The notes beneath the pieces were generated by a model. The model saw only the letters and a program-made list of their open reading frames with translations, was not told where the DNA came from and made no database searches. From a virus (Duplodnaviria > Caudoviricetes): a stretch of DNA of 28,564 nucleotides. The position numbers and the translations under genes were made by a program. Shown here piece by piece: positions 23,720-28,564 of the stretch (positions are counted from its first letter, which is position 1; every line of letters begins with the position of its first letter). Where the stretch lies: IMG/VR virus record IMGVR_UViG_3300044452_000313, positions 1 through 28,564 of that record, one strand, 5' to 3'.

Positions 23720-25069
23720 TTATTCCGCTGCTATGGCGCTATCAGCGCCGCTGAACGCATTCTCAATGCGCTCAAGTTCTTCGTCGGCGGTCTCGGACTC
23801 GGAAGCCCATCCGCCGCGCTGTAGGTTTGCAAAATACGTCTCAAAGGACATGCCGTCTGCTTGGTAGACGTCGAACAGGGCTTTCACGTCCTGCGCGGAC
23901 AACGACTTGTCGAGAAGGTTTGTCGGCGTTTCAACAGACACGTCCTCGGGGTTCGACCCCTCCATTTCCGCTGCTGATTTTAGCGCGCTTTCCAGAATTG
24001 AACATGAAACACGCGCCACCGTCAGGATACTGGCAGTCTCCGAAGAAAAACGCAGCCGTCTGGCGTCTCCGCTTTCCTGTGCACCGCCCTCGGATGGGAA
24101 AAGCAGCCTCGCACCCGCGACCGCCGCCTGTTGCCGATGCTCTTCCATGGCCTCCTTGTGCGCCTGGATGCCAGCGCAGGTTGGGCTGACGTACTTTAGA
24201 TCGGGTGTCTTGTTTTCCGCGCCCTGCATTTCGTGAACAACGCCCGCCCCGACTGCTGTGGGAGCCTCTCCGTTGATAGCAACGAGCGTTTCCTGTCCGC
24301 TCATAAACAATTGGTGGCGATAGTCTGCGCTCAGCTGGTAGTTGCTGAGAGCCGCTGAGGCGACCCCCATAAGAGGCGGTGTTTCGACGTTGGTGGACAC
24401 CTGCCGTGCATTTCCAACAAAGAAGGGAACGTATCCGAGAGACGCGCCACCCACGCCGGTTACAGCCCTTGGGAACCCGTCTTCATTCGTGCTGTCATCC
24501 CCGACAATCACGAGGTTTTGCCAGTAGCGCCCCTCTTCCATGAACAGGACGCGAAACCGCTTCTGCTTGACCCACTCGTATCCGTCTCGAACGTAGTCGC
24601 TCTCGTCGAGAACAAAGAAATCCTTGTCCCAGTTGATGACGTTACATCCCGCATATCCGGTGAGAAACACCTTGCCGCCATCACTGGGCGCATCTGGCAG
24701 AACGCCGTAACGCCCGTAGGTCAGAAGGCCCCGCGTGATCATGCGGTGAAAGTCGTCTAGCGGCGCATCATTTCCCAGGATCTCCTGCAGTGAATCGGGC
24801 AACTCTATGGTGATGCCCTTGTCGTGGATCATGCCAACCATGCTTGAAACGGTCGGCTCGAATATCTCGGGGAATGACGCGCGTTTCTTGTATGCGCTAT
24901 ACGCCGCTTTGCCGCCGTCCTCTTGGTTTGCAAACCCAGATGGCTTGGGAAGATACTGGTCTCCCTCGGACTTTACGAACTCCTCACCTTTTGAACACGC
25001 GTCAACCTTCGTCCACTCCGAAAGGCGCGAATTCGTTATGTCGGGATGTCTGGTTGAAACGTCCGCCAT
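23720..25069 (-). CDS. Portal protein, DUF4055-type (449 aa)
   Basis: YLPKP, Y.AYK.RA, GRYGVL.D, PPL..VA, YQ.SADY, ESG.A..LR motifs; TGATG overlap with TerL. Confidence 0.88.
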   Translation of the reverse strand: MADVSTRHPDITNSRLSEWTKVDACSKGEEFVKSEGDQYLPKPSGFANQEDGGKAAYSAYKKRASFPEIFEPTVSSMVGMIHDKGITIELPDSLQEILGNDAPLDDFHRMITRGLLTYGRYGVLPDAPSDGGKVFLTGYAGCNVINWDKDFFVLDESDYVRDGYEWVKQKRFRVLFMEEGRYWQNLVIVGDDSTNEDGFPRAVTGVGGASLGYVPFFVGNARQVSTNVETPPLMGVASAALSNYQLSADYRHQLFMSGQETLVAINGEAPTAVGAGVVHEMQGAENKTPDLKYVSPTCAGIQAHKEAMEEHRQQAAVAGARLLFPSEGGAQESGDARRLRFSSETASILTVARVSCSILESALKSAAEMEGSNPEDVSVETPTNLLDKSLSAQDVKALFDVYQADGMSFETYFANLQRGGWASESETADEELERIENAFSGADSAIAAE

Positions 25070-26412
25070 CAGTGAAGACCCGTTACAATCTTCGTCTCTG
25101 TTTTCGCCGGTACTGAAAGCATCAACTCTGTCATCGCCCAAACCAATGCGTCTGCCCGGTCTGGTGATCCCTCGCCGACGTATCCGGACGCCGTGAAGTT
25201 CACCATCTGGTCTTCTAAATCTGGAAAATGGCCCACGTGGTGCACGCGAGCCTGCTCGTAAAGCGCGCTGATCGGTTCGGCCCTCACCGCCTTACCCCGG
25301 CTGGCAACAACCTCTTTGAACGCTGCATTTCTATCCGCGGTAGCGACAGTGAAACGAACCATGTCGCCCCCGTAGTTTCTTTCGCCGATCACCCGATCTG
25401 CCCCGTGGTGGTGGTAGAGCTCAACAGCCCGTCGGCCCCACCCCTCCGGAGACATTTGGCAGGTTCCGTCCTCCAAAACGTAACCATGACCATCAACGCC
25501 CAACCCGGCCACGACGATACCAATGTCATCCCCACCGCCGTCGCCTCGTGTTCCGGATGGATCGACCGAAATTACGATCCGCTGTAGCTCCGGTGCGTTC
25601 GCGACGCGAAGGGCATCAATACCCGGCATTGTCTTTCCGTCCGGTGCCTTGCGATCCTCGAGCGCCCACAACGCCCCGTTGACCTCACTTGCCCACTCAC
25701 CCGCTTCAAACCTCAGCCTTTTCGCCGCAGACATACTCGCCAGAACATCGAAGTATTCGGACGGCAGGTTGTCCGCGTTGTCCACCGGGTTCACCAGCAT
25801 TTCCGCGTAGTCGGCGGGGTTAGGGAGAGCCTCCTTGGATCCCGGTTTCAGCTTGGCCTTGAACATTTGGTAAGACCAATGAAGCTTCGAGGGTGGGTTG
25901 CAGTCAAAGTACGCCTTCAGGCTGAGATACGTTCGACCGGTTGCGCTTTTGATCTCCGGTGCCAGCTCACACTTCTGTGCCAGGCGTGACATGGCCGTTT
26001 CAACTGATGACCATGGTATCTGACTGGACTCGTTAAAGTAGAGCGTCGCGTATTCCTGTCCGAGGATCTTTTCCACGCGTTCCTTGTCATCAAGCCCGCC
26101 GATCCAGATCTGTGATCCATTCGGTAGCTCGACATAGAAATCCGTCTTATCAAACCGAACCAGAAGGTCGGGGAAGCAAAGCTCGAATACCTTTGGGAGC
26201 GTATCCGACCAAACCGACGTCTTGGCGTGATTAAACCGAAACCTGAAGATCGCGTGCCGAGATCCCGGTGCATTTATGCCCCGCTGGATAATCGCACGAA
26301 CCAGAAGAAAGGTTTTGCCCGATCGAGACCCACCACGAAGCATGATGTTTCTCGCCGGTCCTGCCAGTAGTGTATTTGCCTCTTTCTGTTTTGGCGTGAG
26401 AACCGCCGTCAT
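25069..26412 (-). CDS. Terminase large subunit (447 aa)
   Basis: Walker A GGSRSGKT, Walker B YFNE, DCNP, RNase H-like VDPS and SPDRADALVWA. Confidence 0.95.
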   Translation of the reverse strand: MTAVLTPKQKEANTLLAGPARNIMLRGGSRSGKTFLLVRAIIQRGINAPGSRHAIFRFRFNHAKTSVWSDTLPKVFELCFPDLLVRFDKTDFYVELPNGSQIWIGGLDDKERVEKILGQEYATLYFNESSQIPWSSVETAMSRLAQKCELAPEIKSATGRTYLSLKAYFDCNPPSKLHWSYQMFKAKLKPGSKEALPNPADYAEMLVNPVDNADNLPSEYFDVLASMSAAKRLRFEAGEWASEVNGALWALEDRKAPDGKTMPGIDALRVANAPELQRIVISVDPSGTRGDGGGDDIGIVVAGLGVDGHGYVLEDGTCQMSPEGWGRRAVELYHHHGADRVIGERNYGGDMVRFTVATADRNAAFKEVVASRGKAVRAEPISALYEQARVHHVGHFPDLEDQMVNFTASGYVGEGSPDRADALVWAMTELMLSVPAKTETKIVTGLH

Positions 26413-26858
26413 AAATTGGCGTCTTCAGAGCTTACGGTCAGGTTGATACCACCCGCGACTTCCTTCTTATCTGCCAGCCCCAAATCACGAGCTATAATGC
26501 TTGGATTCAAGAGGTCAGCAGACGCGCCTTCGAACTTCTGAGTGCGTATAATTTGCTCTACACGCGAGATGATGGGGGATAAGTCATTTCTGTTTGAACG
26601 CCAGTCCCGCCATGTGGTTTCATCAATATCCAGGAAGACGCAAAGCCCCACGATGCTCATCGCTCTCATCTTGTTCAGAGCGACGACCTTGGGCTTACCA
26701 TTCTGCTGAGCGAGCTTGCCTTCTTTCAACGGATTGTTTTCTACCCATTCGAAGTACTCGAGACATGCATCCCACAGATCAGAGGCATGTTTGAATTTTG
26801 GGTTGGCCCCGTGAGAACTACGCGCCTCCCAGAACCTGTTACCTTTAGGTGCTGCCAT
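26409..26858 (-). CDS. Terminase small subunit, P22 gp3-like (149 aa)
   Basis: MAAPKGNRFWEARSSHG, EYFEWVE.NPL, KMRAM, QKF.GA.ADLLN..IIARDLGL closely match P22 gp3 as recalled. Confidence 0.93.
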   Translation of the reverse strand: MAAPKGNRFWEARSSHGANPKFKHASDLWDACLEYFEWVENNPLKEGKLAQQNGKPKVVALNKMRAMSIVGLCVFLDIDETTWRDWRSNRNDLSPIISRVEQIIRTQKFEGASADLLNPSIIARDLGLADKKEVAGGINLTVSSEDANL

Positions 26859-26987
26859 AGATGCCGTGAACTCCGGGTTCACCCTCTGATCATTTGCTGT
26901 TTCGGGAAAGGCTTAACTTGACGTGGGAATTCCGCTTAGAGTTGAACACGCTCGTTTGATTAGGCCATTTTCTAGGGGGATGTCGCT

Positions 26988-27557
26988 ATGGATCCGTTGC
27001 AACGCCGCAAGGCAATTTCAGACATGTATGTCAGTTGGATTTCACTGATCGGTGTTGCAGTGGCCGTTGTCGTGGGCTTCCACACGTACTTCTCAAACCA
27101 AAACGAGCTTTCGGTTGATCGTTACAAAACAACTCTCGGATATGTGGAGCGCTACAATAGTGATCAAATGCTGGTTTTTCGCGAGCAGATCCAGAAAGCA
27201 ATTGATCATGCTTGGGATCAGAACGTGAACCTCTTGATCAATGACAGCCCCTACGACAATTTACAGGATTTCTACCGCGCGAATATTGGGGCAAGCCTAA
27301 AAGCGGAAGATGCCTTTTCATCCTTTTCCATAATGGTTCAATTCTATGACGAGCTATGGACTTGCGTAGAGGTTGAACTTTGCGACCGAGAGACAACGTT
27401 TCGCTTCTTCTCTGGAGAAGCAGAGCAATTCAGATCCGTGTTCGACTCCATGATCTCCGCTTTCCAGTTCCTGAGGCCAGATTACGGCTTTGGTCTCTCA
27501 CAGCTTGCTGTTCGGCAACAGGAATTCAAAGGCCTTAGTTTGCCAGAAGACTATTGA
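26988..27557 (+). CDS. Membrane-anchored moron protein, DUF4760-like (189 aa)
   Basis: AGGGGG RBS; N-terminal TM helix; FYDELWTCV...LCD pattern; antisense to the late operon. Confidence 0.7.
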   Translation: MDPLQRRKAISDMYVSWISLIGVAVAVVVGFHTYFSNQNELSVDRYKTTLGYVERYNSDQMLVFREQIQKAIDHAWDQNVNLLINDSPYDNLQDFYRANIGASLKAEDAFSSFSIMVQFYDELWTCVEVELCDRETTFRFFSGEAEQFRSVFDSMISAFQFLRPDYGFGLSQLAVRQQEFKGLSLPEDY

Positions 27558-27706
27558 AGAGCGTAGTCCTGTCAAAAAACATTCACAGATATTTTTGGAC
27601 ACATTAACCCTGTACACCACGCGCGAATTTTCGGCATATCGCCTGTAGGTGGTGCGCCGGGTCGCCTGCCCAAATCCGAAATTTGGGGAACCAAGCACGA
27701 ACAAAG

Positions 27707-28291
27707 CTAGCACGAAACAGCATCGGGCGCAACATCTATCCGCGTCTGCCGTCCAAAAATTTCAACATGCAGTTGCAGCATGGGATGTCCGTGATACGCA
27801 TCCTTGATTGTCTTCACGAATTTTCCGGGAAATCCCTCGAACGGACCTGACATAATTTCCAGCGCCTGACCTGGTCGGTACTTGCACTCCCATTCCCCGA
27901 GATCCCGGAGGCGCTCTGTTGCCGCGTACTCCGCCTCTACGGCCTCTTTGAAGTCCTTCAGACCAGGGACAGCCGGAGCCCTTAGCGTCGTGCCGTCTTT
28001 CCTTTTGATGTTTCTCGCGGGAATACCGTCGATATCCAATCGGGATAATTCCATTGGATTGCCGTGAACGTGTTTAAGCTCCGCAACGTCCCTGAAGTAA
28101 ATGGCGGGGATAACGCAGAACATCAGCTTGGGCACGTAGGCTCGTGAGTACCATACCAAGCCCTTTCGCTCCGGCACGTTCCTGCTGCAGAGGGCGCGGG
28201 GAACCCACGGGTGAAGGCCCATTGCCAGCAACTCGGATTCTACCTCGAACTCTTTATTGCGAGTAACGTTTAGTGCGTATGTATTTGTCAC
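27707..28291 (-). CDS. NusG/RfaH-family transcription antiterminator (194 aa)
   Basis: NGN-like YAL.V...KE..V and P...F; KOW motif PGQ..EI.SGPFEGF.G; IFGR.T. Confidence 0.85.
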   Translation of the reverse strand: MTNTYALNVTRNKEFEVESELLAMGLHPWVPRALCSRNVPERKGLVWYSRAYVPKLMFCVIPAIYFRDVAELKHVHGNPMELSRLDIDGIPARNIKRKDGTTLRAPAVPGLKDFKEAVEAEYAATERLRDLGEWECKYRPGQALEIMSGPFEGFPGKFVKTIKDAYHGHPMLQLHVEIFGRQTRIDVAPDAVSC

Positions 28292-28312
28292 CTCTGCCCC
28301 TCTTTTGCCTGC

Positions 28313-28564
28313 CTACTTGGAGAATGTTTTTTCAATCAGCTTATCGTGTTCTTTTGATCCGTAGGCGGGGAGTGACTTTAGCCGACGGTTCATTTCGGCT
28401 GCGGAAACCTTTGGCTTGCCACCCTGCTCGACATACTTGTCAGCCGCCGCTTGTATCGCCGCCTTCATCTGAGAGGCGTTACCAAAGCCCTTTCTCGCCG
28501 CTTCTGATTGAGCAACAACAGCCGCTTTGACCATCCCATCTGTTACTGCAATTTTTGCTCTCAC
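28313..28564 (-). CDS. Hypothetical phage protein (83 aa); start lies at the window edge
   Basis: Co-oriented ORF upstream of the antiterminator. Confidence 0.55.
   Translation of the reverse strand: MRAKIAVTDGMVKAAVVAQSEAARKGFGNASQMKAAIQAAADKYVEQGGKPKVSAAEMNRRLKSLPAYGSKEHDKLIEKTFSK

Larger units (their letters stand above)
773..28564 (-). mobile_element. Prophage late region (siphovirus-type head, tail and lysis modules); boundaries not visible
   Basis: Canonical co-oriented order terminase-portal-scaffold-capsid-connectors-tail tube-chaperones-tape measure-tail tip-fibre-lysis, with many ATGA/TGATG overlaps; no att site or integrase seen. Confidence 0.95.

Noticed and set aside
773-26858. 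RcGTA-like gene transfer agent
   Set aside because: Has scaffold, DUF4055-type portal, P22-like TerS, long tape measure and a linked lysis cassette, unlike the RcGTA structural cluster
27620-27650. Hammerhead ribozyme (stem followed by GAAA)
   Set aside because: The CUGANGA core is absent

Overview
Late (morphogenesis and lysis) half of a temperate siphovirus-type prophage, almost entirely on the minus strand. Protein styles suggest an alphaproteobacterial (Rhodobacteraceae/Rhizobiales-like) host; this is inference. Read right to left: NusG/RfaH-family antiterminator, an antisense membrane-protein moron, P22 gp3-like terminase small subunit, terminase large subunit, DUF4055-type portal, scaffold, major capsid, head-tail proteins, Mu gpF-like minor head protein, tail tube, tail chaperones with a -1 frameshift, tape measure, tail tip genes, a 2153-aa modular tail fibre with a duplicated domain, fibre chaperone, DUF1353, holin, amidase endolysin, Rz/Rz1, DUF6378-like and a Cys-rich secreted protein. 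No integrase, replication or primary repressor genes are in the window. The most interesting part is a ~2.7-kb cassette (15252-17902) between the tail tube and tail chaperone genes, laid out like the P22 immI region. It has two divergent Arc/Mnt-type repressors with an identical recognition strand, three 13-bp palindromic operators, a ParB-fold protein with two coupled partners in the antirepressor slot, and a Tat-signal peptide gene. It also has two predicted ~70-nt cis-antisense RNAs whose promoters sit inside the first codons of their target genes and whose hairpin loops carry the CGCCAA/UUGGCG antisense-recognition hexamers in opposite polarity. All family calls come from motif recognition and synteny, not from database searches.
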